Source of the DNA: Myxococcota bacterium
Lineage (GTDB): Bacteria > Myxococcota_A > UBA9042 > DTJE01
Reading direction: 5' to 3'
DNA length: 51,746 nucleotides
Assembly: GCA_029975745.1 (NCBI GenBank)
Contig: JARKOL010000158.1
Location: forward strand, 1-51,746
Positions 17,106-25,219 of the stretch are shown here, piece after piece. The notes beneath the pieces were generated by a model. The model did not search any database. It was given only the letters and a program-made list of their open reading frames with translations, and had not been told where the DNA came from. Position numbers and translations under genes: made by a program. The stretch's first letter is position 1, and every line of letters starts with the position of its first letter.

Positions 17106-19226
17106 CTAGCGGCGCGTGGCGCGGGAAACTCCCCGGAACTGATAGACCCCGCATTCCACCAGCAGAAAGACGATCCGGTGCGCGGTGGCGATCGAATCCG
17201 CCCCTTGAGGAATGGCCTTCAGCAGGCCGTTGATCGTGGGGTGCGCGTCCAGCAGGTTGACGATTCGCACTTCCCTGGGCAGCAGTCGCAGTTCCTGAAC
17301 GCTGACCTTGGGGTTTTCGGTGCGTACCAGCCGACGGTCCAGGTGGTCCGACTGCCATGCCTTGATCAGATCGACCGGATAGGAAGTTCGCACCGCCTCG
17401 GTCATGGCCGTGATCGGGTCCAGATCCAGCAGCACCACCGACTTCGGCATGGGAATGTTCTCGAAGAAGCCGAACCACCCGGCATCCCACTGGAACAACT
17501 GCACGAAACGCTGCCGGAACTGGGCCTGGAGCGTCTCGGCCAGTTCGTGCGCCGCGACGACGCCGTGGGCGACCAGACGATCCCCCAGACGCGGTCCCTT
17601 GCCGGCGGCCCCGGCCGCAACCGTTTCGACCACCTGGCGATCCGCCCGCCCCTGGCTGACCAGGAACTCGCCCAGCAGTTCGGACCGCAGGTTCGAGAAG
17701 ATGAACCGGGGACGGCCCTCCCTGAAGTAGACCTCCTTCAGATTCGCGCCGTGCTTGACGGTCAGAAGGCCGGACAGCCGCTTCTCGCGGCTGATGTTGG
17801 TCACCAGGCGCACCATGTCGCGTCGGCTGACGTTGCCCTCGAACAGCAGGATGCGCCGACCGGCGTCACCCTCCGGGCGCTCCAGGTATTCCTGGAGGAA
17901 CCGGAAGTCCCCGATCCGGGTCCAGTCGCCTTCGTTCATCGAGCAGTGTTCGTCCTCGAGCACCGAACGGCTGATGATCAGGCTGACCAGGTTGTCGAAC
18001 GTGACCGGGCCGAACACGTTGCCGTGGAAGTCGCGCACACGGAACGAGGCGGCCATCAGGGCGGCGCGATCCTCGTGGGGCGAAGGGGTGGCGGGCGCGT
18101 CAAGGACACCGGGACGGGTGATGGGAGCGTGGGTCGTGGCGCTGATGGGCGCCACCCGAGGTGCGGGGACCGTCTTGGCCGAGGGCATGCCCCCGTCCGT
18201 TCGCTCCTTTCTGCGGATGTCCGACAGCTCATCCCCGTCCAGCGGAAGCAGTTCCTGGTCCGACTCCTCGGGAAACAGGTCCTTCATGAACGCCGCAAGC
18301 TGGCCCTGGCCGCCCCGCCGGTTCTTGGCGAACAGCCAGTCCTGGACATCGTTCAGGAAATCGCTCGCGCTGCGATACCGGCGATCCGGCTCCTTCGCCA
18401 GGGCGCGACGAAGGATGTCCTTCACCTCGGCGGGAATCTCGGCGTGGCGCTCCAGTCGCTGTTCGATCTCGGCATCACGGATGTTGATCAAGGTCTGCAG
18501 ATCGGACTTGCCCAGGAACAGGCGCTTCAGCGTCAGCGATTCGAACAGGATGATTCCCAGGGCGAAGATGTCGGAGCGATGGTCCACGTCACCACCGACC
18601 ACTTGCTCGGGCGCCATGTACCCCAGCTTGCCCTTCAGGACGCCGCCCTGCTCGCTTGACGAAGACGTTGCGGCCTTGGCCACGCCGAAGTCGGTGACCT
18701 TGACCTCGCCCTCGAAGGAAATCAGGATGTTCGACGGGGACACGTCCCGGTGGATGATCTTCAGCGCGTTGCCGTAGACGTCGCGGGCGTTGTAGGCATA
18801 CCACAGCGCCTTGCAGACCTCGCCCACCACGAACAGGCACAGATCGACGGGCAGCGTGCGCCCCAGGCGATTGGCGCGCGCCATCACCTTTTGCAAGTCC
18901 CGCCCATTGACCATCTCCATGGCCAGGTAGTACTGCCCGTCCACCTGGTCGAACTCGAAGATCGGCACGATGTTGGCGTGTTGCAGCGGCGCGGTGATCT
19001 GCGCCTCGTCTCGGAACATGGACACGAAATTCGGATCCCGCGAGTAGTTCAGCAGGATCCGCTTGATGACCATCACCTTCTGGAAATCGCCGGCGCCCCG
19101 AGCGATGGCCTTGAAGATTTCGGCCATGCCGCCGGTGCCGATCTTTTCCAGCAGAAGGTACTTGCCGAACTGGCGCGGTCGGGTCCCGCCGGGTACGGAG
19201 ATCTCGGAATTCGATTCGTCGCTCAA
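17106..19226 (-). CDS. Hanks-type Ser/Thr protein kinase, soluble, with C-terminal DUF4388-like region
   Basis: TTG start with a GGAAGG SD 6 nt upstream. G-loop GTGGMAEIFK, Lys in VMVIKRI, catalytic loop HRDVSPSNIL, DFGVAK, GYMAPEQ. No TM segment is present. The C-terminal LSGLLTVKHGANLKEVYFREGRPRFIFSNLRSELLGEFLV matches the DUF4388 pattern as I remember it. Confidence 0.85.
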   Translation of the reverse strand: MSDESNSEISVPGGTRPRQFGKYLLLEKIGTGGMAEIFKAIARGAGDFQKVMVIKRILLNYSRDPNFVSMFRDEAQITAPLQHANIVPIFEFDQVDGQYYLAMEMVNGRDLQKVMARANRLGRTLPVDLCLFVVGEVCKALWYAYNARDVYGNALKIIHRDVSPSNILISFEGEVKVTDFGVAKAATSSSSEQGGVLKGKLGYMAPEQVVGGDVDHRSDIFALGIILFESLTLKRLFLGKSDLQTLINIRDAEIEQRLERHAEIPAEVKDILRRALAKEPDRRYRSASDFLNDVQDWLFAKNRRGGQGQLAAFMKDLFPEESDQELLPLDGDELSDIRRKERTDGGMPSAKTVPAPRVAPISATTHAPITRPGVLDAPATPSPHEDRAALMAASFRVRDFHGNVFGPVTFDNLVSLIISRSVLEDEHCSMNEGDWTRIGDFRFLQEYLERPEGDAGRRILLFEGNVSRRDMVRLVTNISREKRLSGLLTVKHGANLKEVYFREGRPRFIFSNLRSELLGEFLVSQGRADRQVVETVAAGAAGKGPRLGDRLVAHGVVAAHELAETLQAQFRQRFVQLFQWDAGWFGFFENIPMPKSVVLLDLDPITAMTEAVRTSYPVDLIKAWQSDHLDRRLVRTENPKVSVQELRLLPREVRIVNLLDAHPTINGLLKAIPQGADSIATAHRIVFLLVECGVYQFRGVSRATRR

Positions 19227-19268
19227 CGCAAACCTTCCGCGGCCCGCACGCCGTCGATGAACCGTTGG

Positions 19269-20714
19269 CTATCGGACGCCATTGACGGTGATGTTCAGTC
19301 GGCCGGTCGCCCCGCCGCCCTCGTCGGAACGAGTCGAGGTCACGCCCCAGTAGGTGACTCCGGCGATCGCGCCGACACCCACGGCCAGGGCGGTCCAGAA
19401 CCACCACTTCTTGACCACGTTGAACTGCTTGTCCTTCTTGCCGGTGTCCCGGAAGATCGGCGAGTTCGGGTCGATCATCACGTCATCGCCGACCTCGCTC
19501 AGGTCCAGCATGGCCGGACCGCCGGATCCGGGCAGCACCACGGTCGGGGCATCCAGTGCGCCCTGTGCCGTGTCCGGCCCCGTCTCGACGCCGACCAGCC
19601 GCACCAGCAGGGCCTCGGCCTTCGCGGGCAGCTCGCCGGACTGCGGCAGCTTCTCGCGAATGACCTCGTAGCGACCGTCACGACCGAAGACCCCCTCGAC
19701 GACGATGCTGCCGGCCTCGATGAAGGCCTGGGCGACCAGCAGATCGCTGGCCTTGACCGCCCTGGCCAGACGGTCGGCCTCGGCCTGGGCCACGGTTCCC
19801 TTGGTCGCCTGACGGAGGATGGGCTTCACGCCGTCCCGGACGTCCGGCGCATTCATCGCCTCGGCCATCATGAAATCGACGCGCTCCTCGGCGGCACCAC
19901 GAACCGTGACGAAGCGCGCCTCGGCGTTGAAGCCGTCCAGGTACACCGCAACCAGGTGATCGCCGGTGGTCAGGCCCTTGACCTGGATCGGCGAGAAGCC
20001 CCGGAATTCGAAGTCCACGAAGACCTCGGCGCCCGGGTCACTGGTCTCGATCATCAACGCGCCGGTGGGCGAATCCACGACCTCGCGCTGGATCTGCAGG
20101 AACAGGTTCTTGGTCTCCAGGTTGTACGCGTATTCGGACTGCTTCTGGCCCGGCCACAGCAGCACGGCGCGCCGGATCATCTCCTTGGCCTGCATCTGGC
20201 GCCGATTCTGCTGGAGCGACAGCCCCAACCCCTTGTAGACGCGCGTGATCAAGGCCCTGGGGGCCAGCGGCAGGACGGTCGCGAGCTGGTTCTCGGCCCG
20301 CCGGTACAGATCGAGCGCATCGGACCAGCGGGCGTCGGTCATCGCCTGGGCGCCCTGCCGCACCAGGCCCTCGATCTCGGCAATCGGGGCGGGATTGTCC
20401 ACCGGGGACACCGGGGCCCGCCCGACCCCCTGCCCCACCATCCGGTCCGCCACGCCGCGCAGCACGCCGCGCACGACCATCGCGGCCGTCTCGTCGCCGG
20501 CCTTGCGCGGCACCACCACGATGGCCAGAGCCCGCTCGCCCGGGGCGCCCTGGGCGTACGCCGGGGCACCGAGACTCATGGCGAGGGGGCGAGCCAACTC
20601 GACGTGCAGGAAGCCGGCGGTCACGGCGATGGCGACCGCAATCAGCCGCCTGCGTCCGGCCGTTGTCGGGATCAGCGTCAGGAAGGTACGTCCGTTCGGA
20701 ATGCTGCCGTTCAT
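19269..20714 (-). CDS. PEGA-domain membrane protein (signal peptide, periplasmic body, C-terminal TM anchor)
   Basis: N-terminal RRRLIAVAIAVTAGFL...APAYAQG, PEGA-like SDPGAEVFVDFEFRGFSPIQVKGLTTGDHLVAVYLDGF, and C-terminal TM WWFWTALAVGVGAIAGVTYWGV. It lies 13 nt after the Kelch gene stop. Confidence 0.65.
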   Translation of the reverse strand: MNGSIPNGRTFLTLIPTTAGRRRLIAVAIAVTAGFLHVELARPLAMSLGAPAYAQGAPGERALAIVVVPRKAGDETAAMVVRGVLRGVADRMVGQGVGRAPVSPVDNPAPIAEIEGLVRQGAQAMTDARWSDALDLYRRAENQLATVLPLAPRALITRVYKGLGLSLQQNRRQMQAKEMIRRAVLLWPGQKQSEYAYNLETKNLFLQIQREVVDSPTGALMIETSDPGAEVFVDFEFRGFSPIQVKGLTTGDHLVAVYLDGFNAEARFVTVRGAAEERVDFMMAEAMNAPDVRDGVKPILRQATKGTVAQAEADRLARAVKASDLLVAQAFIEAGSIVVEGVFGRDGRYEVIREKLPQSGELPAKAEALLVRLVGVETGPDTAQGALDAPTVVLPGSGGPAMLDLSEVGDDVMIDPNSPIFRDTGKKDKQFNVVKKWWFWTALAVGVGAIAGVTYWGVTSTRSDEGGGATGRLNITVNGVR

Positions 20715-20727
20715 CGGGTGCCCTCCA

Positions 20728-22431
20728 CTACTGCGACAGGTCGGTCCGCAGGACCGGCGGCGCGTACAGTTCGATCAGACCGCTCGACGAGTCCGACAGT
20801 GTCTGGGCGTCGAAGATGCCGCCGACCAGAAGCAACGTGTCGTCGATCAGCCGCTCGGCGACATGGCCGCCGCGAGAGAGGAAGCCTTCCTGACCCGAGG
20901 CCAGGGCCACCATGGGGGCCTCGCCCTTGTCATGGCGATCCAGGTCGAAGAAACAGGTCGGCACGTCGGACATCACGCCCAACCCGCCGAAGCCGCCCAA
21001 CAGGGTCACCCGATCGCCCTCGAACGAGACGGACGCGGAGTGCATGAAGCGAGCGAGGCAGGCATCGTTCAATTCACTGGTGCTGATGCGGTCATTGGAT
21101 TCGACGGTCATGACCCAGGCCTTCCCCGCGGGGGCTCGCAGTGCCGTCCCGTCCCACACGGCGCCGCCGGCGACCAGGAAGCGGCGTGCCCCGTCGGGCC
21201 GATCCCGAAGCCGGGAAACGCTGGGGAAGAACAGGCGGGGCAACCCGGAGGCGACCCCGTCACGAGGCTTGAACGTTCCGGCAACCTCCTCGGACCGGGA
21301 GGACTGGGTGAAGATCTCGACGACCGAATCGTTGTCGGTGGTGCCACCGACGATCAGGTAGCGCGACAGGCCCTGGCTGGTGTCCTCCAGCTTGACCACG
21401 GCAGCGCCGTTGTGGGGGCGATTGGTCGTCAGACTGCCGGCGAAGGCCAGAAAGCCGCCCCTGCCCTCGTCCACCGCGGGCTTCCAGATCTCGGCGGACA
21501 TGTAGGCGCTGGACCCGGAGGCCCAGGGGCCACCGCCGGTGACCAGAATCGTGTTGTCGAAAAGCCGCGCCGCGACGGGGAACACGCGCGCCAGCGACAT
21601 CTTCTTGGGGGTTCCTTGGGCGTCGTTGCCGGCAACCGCGAAGGTCCCGGTTCCGACATCGAACACTTCGTAGGAGTCCAGGCCGTGATTCGGGTCGAAC
21701 TGGAACGGGAACGACCCGTTGTCCAGCATGCGCAGCTGCGTCGCGCCTCCGAAGATGACGACCTTGTCGCCCTCGGGCAACGGCAGGTACACCGCGGCGT
21801 GGCCACCCCTGGCGGCGTTCATCCGGCCGGTCTTCACGATCGTTCCGGTGGCGGGGTCGTACAGGTAGGCGTCCCGGGACGCGTCGGTGGTCTCGATCGT
21901 CCACTGCCGATCACCGCTGGAAACCAGGGACGTGAAGCCGCCCGCGATCAGGACGCGGCCGTCGCCCAGGACCGCCGTCGCCGGGAAGATGCGATGCGCG
22001 AAGCCGGCAGGCGGCGTCACGCAGGTGAACCCGCCCAGTCGGGTCAGGACCAGGGACACTTCGGTCGTGCGATCCTGAAGGACGGACACGTCGCGCCGAC
22101 GTCCGAACCAGGACGGGGCATCCGAGCCGGCCTTGTACCCCAGCAGCGTCAACACGTTGTCCAGGCCCACCGGGACGCTCTTCAGCGACAGGTTCGCCTG
22201 GCCCGCGGCCATCGACGCGGAAGACGACGCAAGGACATCGCCGCCGCGGTCGGTGACGATGACCTCCAGTCGATCGATGGCGGCGATCGGGTCCCCCCCG
22301 GGGAGCCCCGAGCAGTTGCCGGTCAGGGCGCCGGCCGTCACGCCGACATCGCCACGAGGCACCTCAGCCGCGCAGCCAATCCACGCCATCAAGGCCGCCA
22401 GCGCACAGGAACCAATGATTCGTGTCGTCAT
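20728..22431 (-). CDS. Kelch-repeat beta-propeller protein, secreted/possible lipoprotein
   Basis: ORF 20728..22503, trimmed to the ATG at 22431 (MTTRIIGSCALAALMAWIGCAAE). The GTG at 22503 sits inside a TATCCT -10 box. Kelch-like GG blades recur: VLIAGGF, VVIFGGA, ILVTGGG, YLIVGGT, FLVAGGA, VTLLGGFGG, LLLVGGIF. Confidence 0.65.
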   Translation of the reverse strand: MTTRIIGSCALAALMAWIGCAAEVPRGDVGVTAGALTGNCSGLPGGDPIAAIDRLEVIVTDRGGDVLASSSASMAAGQANLSLKSVPVGLDNVLTLLGYKAGSDAPSWFGRRRDVSVLQDRTTEVSLVLTRLGGFTCVTPPAGFAHRIFPATAVLGDGRVLIAGGFTSLVSSGDRQWTIETTDASRDAYLYDPATGTIVKTGRMNAARGGHAAVYLPLPEGDKVVIFGGATQLRMLDNGSFPFQFDPNHGLDSYEVFDVGTGTFAVAGNDAQGTPKKMSLARVFPVAARLFDNTILVTGGGPWASGSSAYMSAEIWKPAVDEGRGGFLAFAGSLTTNRPHNGAAVVKLEDTSQGLSRYLIVGGTTDNDSVVEIFTQSSRSEEVAGTFKPRDGVASGLPRLFFPSVSRLRDRPDGARRFLVAGGAVWDGTALRAPAGKAWVMTVESNDRISTSELNDACLARFMHSASVSFEGDRVTLLGGFGGLGVMSDVPTCFFDLDRHDKGEAPMVALASGQEGFLSRGGHVAERLIDDTLLLVGGIFDAQTLSDSSSGLIELYAPPVLRTDLSQ

Positions 22432-22491
22432 GCTCCGTGGTCTCCCGGCCAAAAAGGCCACGCCTCCCAGGAAAGGACCATAGGTGCCGCG

Positions 22492-22521
22492 AGGATAGGG
22501 CACGCGGCGTCATCAAGTCAA
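22492..22521 (-). promoter_or_regulatory. putative internal promoter TTGACT-18-TATCCT upstream of the Kelch gene
   Basis: Minus strand: TTGACT at 22521..22516 and TATCCT at 22497..22492, within the 124-nt gap after the upstream gene stop (22556). Confidence 0.4.
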
Positions 22522-22555
22522 GGTTGACGCGCGCCGCGGCCGCCGCTGGGGCGGC

Positions 22556-25045
22556 TTACGGGCAGACCTTGCGAATCTGCACGTCGTCGATGAAGACGCC
22601 CTCCCCCAGGTTCCCCGTTTCATCGACCGAATCGAACCGGAAGCGGACCCGGATCGACTGGCCCCGATAGGCATTCAGGTCGATCGGACCGACCTCGCGC
22701 CACTGGGCGTAACCGTCCGATGGGAAGCTGTCCTTGGAAAACACCTGGGCCGTCTGCTCGCCCCACAGGATGTCCACCGCCAGGAGGTCCCGGCCCGGTG
22801 CGTTCTCGATATCCAGGTATGCCCAGAAGTGCAGGCGGAAGTCGCCGAACAGCGGCAGGGTGACCGCCGGCAGCGTCGCCGTCCCCTTCGCGATGCCGCC
22901 GTTGTCGTAGTTCGCCGCGTTCCCGAAGCGCATCGACCGAGGGGCCGAACGGTACCGCGCGTCCGAGCTGATCCAGCCGGTCGCCATTCCACCGGTCCCG
23001 GGCGTCCCCTGATCGACCACCGTCACGCCGTCCAGCGTGGAACCGGCGTCGAACGCGTGTTCCGCCACGGTCAAGGCCAGACAGCATCCGGGCATCTCGA
23101 AGAAATCATGCACGCACTGGCGCTGAACGCAGGCGTCCGCGGTGCAGGGATTTCCGTCGTCGCACTGAACGACCGAAGCGCAGCAGGTCGGCGGCTCGCC
23201 GACCACCGTGACGTTGCAGACCTCGTTCGCGCAGGTGCCCGTCCGGCAGAAGCCGTCGATCATGCAATCGTGCAGACCGCCGCAGTTGCGCTGAACGCAC
23301 GTGTCGCGGGTGACGCGAATGTCGTCAACGTACACGCCTTCGTAGTTGTTCTTCTGATCGTCGGAGGTGTCGAACCGGAAGCGGATCGAGACGGACTTGC
23401 CCGCGAAGCCGCTCAGATCGACACCGACCGGCACGAACTGATTGCCCGAACTGCCGTAGAGGTAGTGTGAAGACCAGACCGTCGTCGTCTTCTCGTTCAC
23501 CGTTCCAACGTTCTCGACCACGATGACCTCGAAGAAATCGACCCCCAGGGGGTTCATGTAGGCATCGTGCGCCACATCGTCGAACTCGGTGGACAGGAAC
23601 AGATTGAAGGACAGGAAGTAGAACCCCTTGCTGGGCAGATCGATCACCGGCCCCGTGGCCTCGCCGAAATTCGAGACGCCCACGCCGGTCACGTAGTTCA
23701 GCGCCGCGGTGTTTCCGTAGTACAGCGAGTATCCGCCGGAAACGGAACGGTGCGTCGCGAGCTGCCACTTGACGTTGGGGTTGTTCAGGTAGGTCCAGAT
23801 GTTGAACATGTCCAGCGAGCCGTCATCGAAGTCGGCCCCGAACAACTCCTGGTGAAGGCAGCATTGATCCTCGGGCGTGACGACGTAGTGGCAGGCCCCG
23901 TCGGGACAGGACACCGTCGCGCAGGGGTCGATGTTCGGGCAATCGGCCGTCGCCGTGGCCGCGGCGCAGACGGGTTCGAGGCACGCGGGGGTCCGGGGGT
24001 GGGCGCAGGTTCCGACCGAGTCCTGGTTCGTGAACTCGCGACAGGAGTCGTCGGTGCAGGCATCCCCGTCGTCCTCGCAGGCCCCGCCCGCGGCGCAGGT
24101 CGCGACGCAGGTCGAGTAGACGCGCACGTCGTCGATGTAGATGCCCTCGAAATGGTTGTTGGCCCCGTCCAGCGAGTCGAAGACCAGCCGAAGCGCCATC
24201 TCGCGCCCCGCGAACTCGCCCACGTTCGAAACGATATGCAGGAAGTTGCCGCGCGTGGTGCGCTCGATTGCCGCCGTCGTGAACAGTTCGGTGTACTCGT
24301 CGGGCAAGCCTCCCTTGGGCACGGCCAGCACGCGCAGCAGGTCGGGCTGCTCGCCGATCTGCGCGACGAACGGCTCGGTGTCCACCCACAAATACATCGA
24401 GGCGACGAATGTCGTCGCGGATGCCGAAAGAGGCGGAATCTCGAAGAACGGCGACGTCACGGCGGCGCGGATGGACGTGCCGGCGTTCCCGGCCCGGTCC
24501 TGCGGGTCGCAGTTGGCATCGAGCGGGCCATTATAATAGGTACGGCACGTGGGGTCGCCGAGGTACAGGGACTTCTGCCCCTGGGCCCGACGGTGCCCAA
24601 CGACCGACCAGGTGACCTTGTCCTGGGTGTTCGGGTCATCGACGGCCCAGCCGCCCAGCCCGTTCTCGAACCCCTGGAACAGGAACTCGCCGTCGAAGCA
24701 GCAGGTCGTGTCCCAGTCCTGGCCGCAGATGTTGGCCGGCTTCAGGCACACCTTGCGACGGCAGGGGTCCAGCGTCATCGGTACGTCCGCGCAATCGGCG
24801 TTCGTCTGGCAGCGAACGGGCCCGGTGTCCCCGCCCGGATCCGTCGGGCCGATGTCCTCGGCGCCCTCGTCGCCCCCGATGTCGGTCCCGGGATCGACGC
24901 CGGGATCCTCGACGATATCGTCCGAGACCTCCTCGAAACCATCTTCCTCACCGCCAAAATCCGGGCTGCTCTTACCCCCGGAGCAGGCAACGAGCGCCAG
25001 TACCGCGAAGGTGGACGCGATAAGATGGATGGACCTGCGACGCAT
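22556..25045 (-). CDS. large Cys-rich lipoprotein with three tandem MAM/LamG-like (choice-of-anchor-J-like) beta-sandwich modules
   Basis: 829 aa. Lipobox LALVAC, followed by an acidic linker. The three modules each end in a shared signature: NHFEGIYIDDVRVYSTC, NNYEGVYVDDIRVTRDTC and NLGEGVFIDDVQIRKVCP. The domain family was assigned by eye. Confidence 0.65.
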   Translation of the reverse strand: MRRRSIHLIASTFAVLALVACSGGKSSPDFGGEEDGFEEVSDDIVEDPGVDPGTDIGGDEGAEDIGPTDPGGDTGPVRCQTNADCADVPMTLDPCRRKVCLKPANICGQDWDTTCCFDGEFLFQGFENGLGGWAVDDPNTQDKVTWSVVGHRRAQGQKSLYLGDPTCRTYYNGPLDANCDPQDRAGNAGTSIRAAVTSPFFEIPPLSASATTFVASMYLWVDTEPFVAQIGEQPDLLRVLAVPKGGLPDEYTELFTTAAIERTTRGNFLHIVSNVGEFAGREMALRLVFDSLDGANNHFEGIYIDDVRVYSTCVATCAAGGACEDDGDACTDDSCREFTNQDSVGTCAHPRTPACLEPVCAAATATADCPNIDPCATVSCPDGACHYVVTPEDQCCLHQELFGADFDDGSLDMFNIWTYLNNPNVKWQLATHRSVSGGYSLYYGNTAALNYVTGVGVSNFGEATGPVIDLPSKGFYFLSFNLFLSTEFDDVAHDAYMNPLGVDFFEVIVVENVGTVNEKTTTVWSSHYLYGSSGNQFVPVGVDLSGFAGKSVSIRFRFDTSDDQKNNYEGVYVDDIRVTRDTCVQRNCGGLHDCMIDGFCRTGTCANEVCNVTVVGEPPTCCASVVQCDDGNPCTADACVQRQCVHDFFEMPGCCLALTVAEHAFDAGSTLDGVTVVDQGTPGTGGMATGWISSDARYRSAPRSMRFGNAANYDNGGIAKGTATLPAVTLPLFGDFRLHFWAYLDIENAPGRDLLAVDILWGEQTAQVFSKDSFPSDGYAQWREVGPIDLNAYRGQSIRVRFRFDSVDETGNLGEGVFIDDVQIRKVCP
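22559..24703 (-). repeat. three tandem about 180-200-aa protein modules, each preceded by a Cys-rich linker and opened by a CC dipeptide
   Basis: Module 1 is aa 115-313 (nt 24107..24703, TTCCFDGEF...VYSTC). Module 2 is aa 395-583 (nt 23297..23863, DQCCLHQELF...TRDTC). Module 3 is aa 654-829 (nt 22559..23086, PGCCLALTV...KVCP). The linkers (aa 79-114, 314-394, 584-653) carry 7-15 Cys each. Confidence 0.55.
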
Positions 25046-25086
25046 GGCCTTACCCCCGATGTCGAGACGAAACGGACACGCACGCT

Positions 25087-25095
25087 AATCTAGCA
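25087..25095 (-). promoter_or_regulatory. possible extended -10 element TGcTAGATT for the 25045<-17106 operon
   Basis: The minus strand reads aatg-TGc-TAGATT-agcg, about 40 nt upstream of the ATG at 25045. A GGGGGTAAGG SD precedes the ATG. Confidence 0.35.
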
Positions 25096-25163
25096 CATTC
25101 ATGGTTGGGGACGATAGGCCGAAAAACGGCTCGAAGACCCGTTCGGCCGCTTCCCCACTTTTC

Positions 25164-25192
25164 TTGACACGATCCGCCGCGGATGCGAACAT
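25164..25192 (+). promoter_or_regulatory. putative pilM promoter TTGACA-17-(TGc)GAACAT
   Basis: Perfect -35 at 25164..25169, extended TG at 25184..25185, -10 GAACAT at 25187..25192, and the ATG at 25220. Confidence 0.4.
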
Positions 25193-25219
25193 GGCGGCGG
25201 CCACAACTGGACATGTTGC

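Noticed and set aside
22522-22555. GC-rich hairpin GCCGCC-N5-GGCGGC just after the stop of the Cys-rich lipoprotein gene, considered as a terminator that would split the four-gene operon
   Set aside because: It has a short 6-bp stem and no U-tract. I cannot exclude partial termination, and the internal promoter at 22492..22521 is the better-supported feature.
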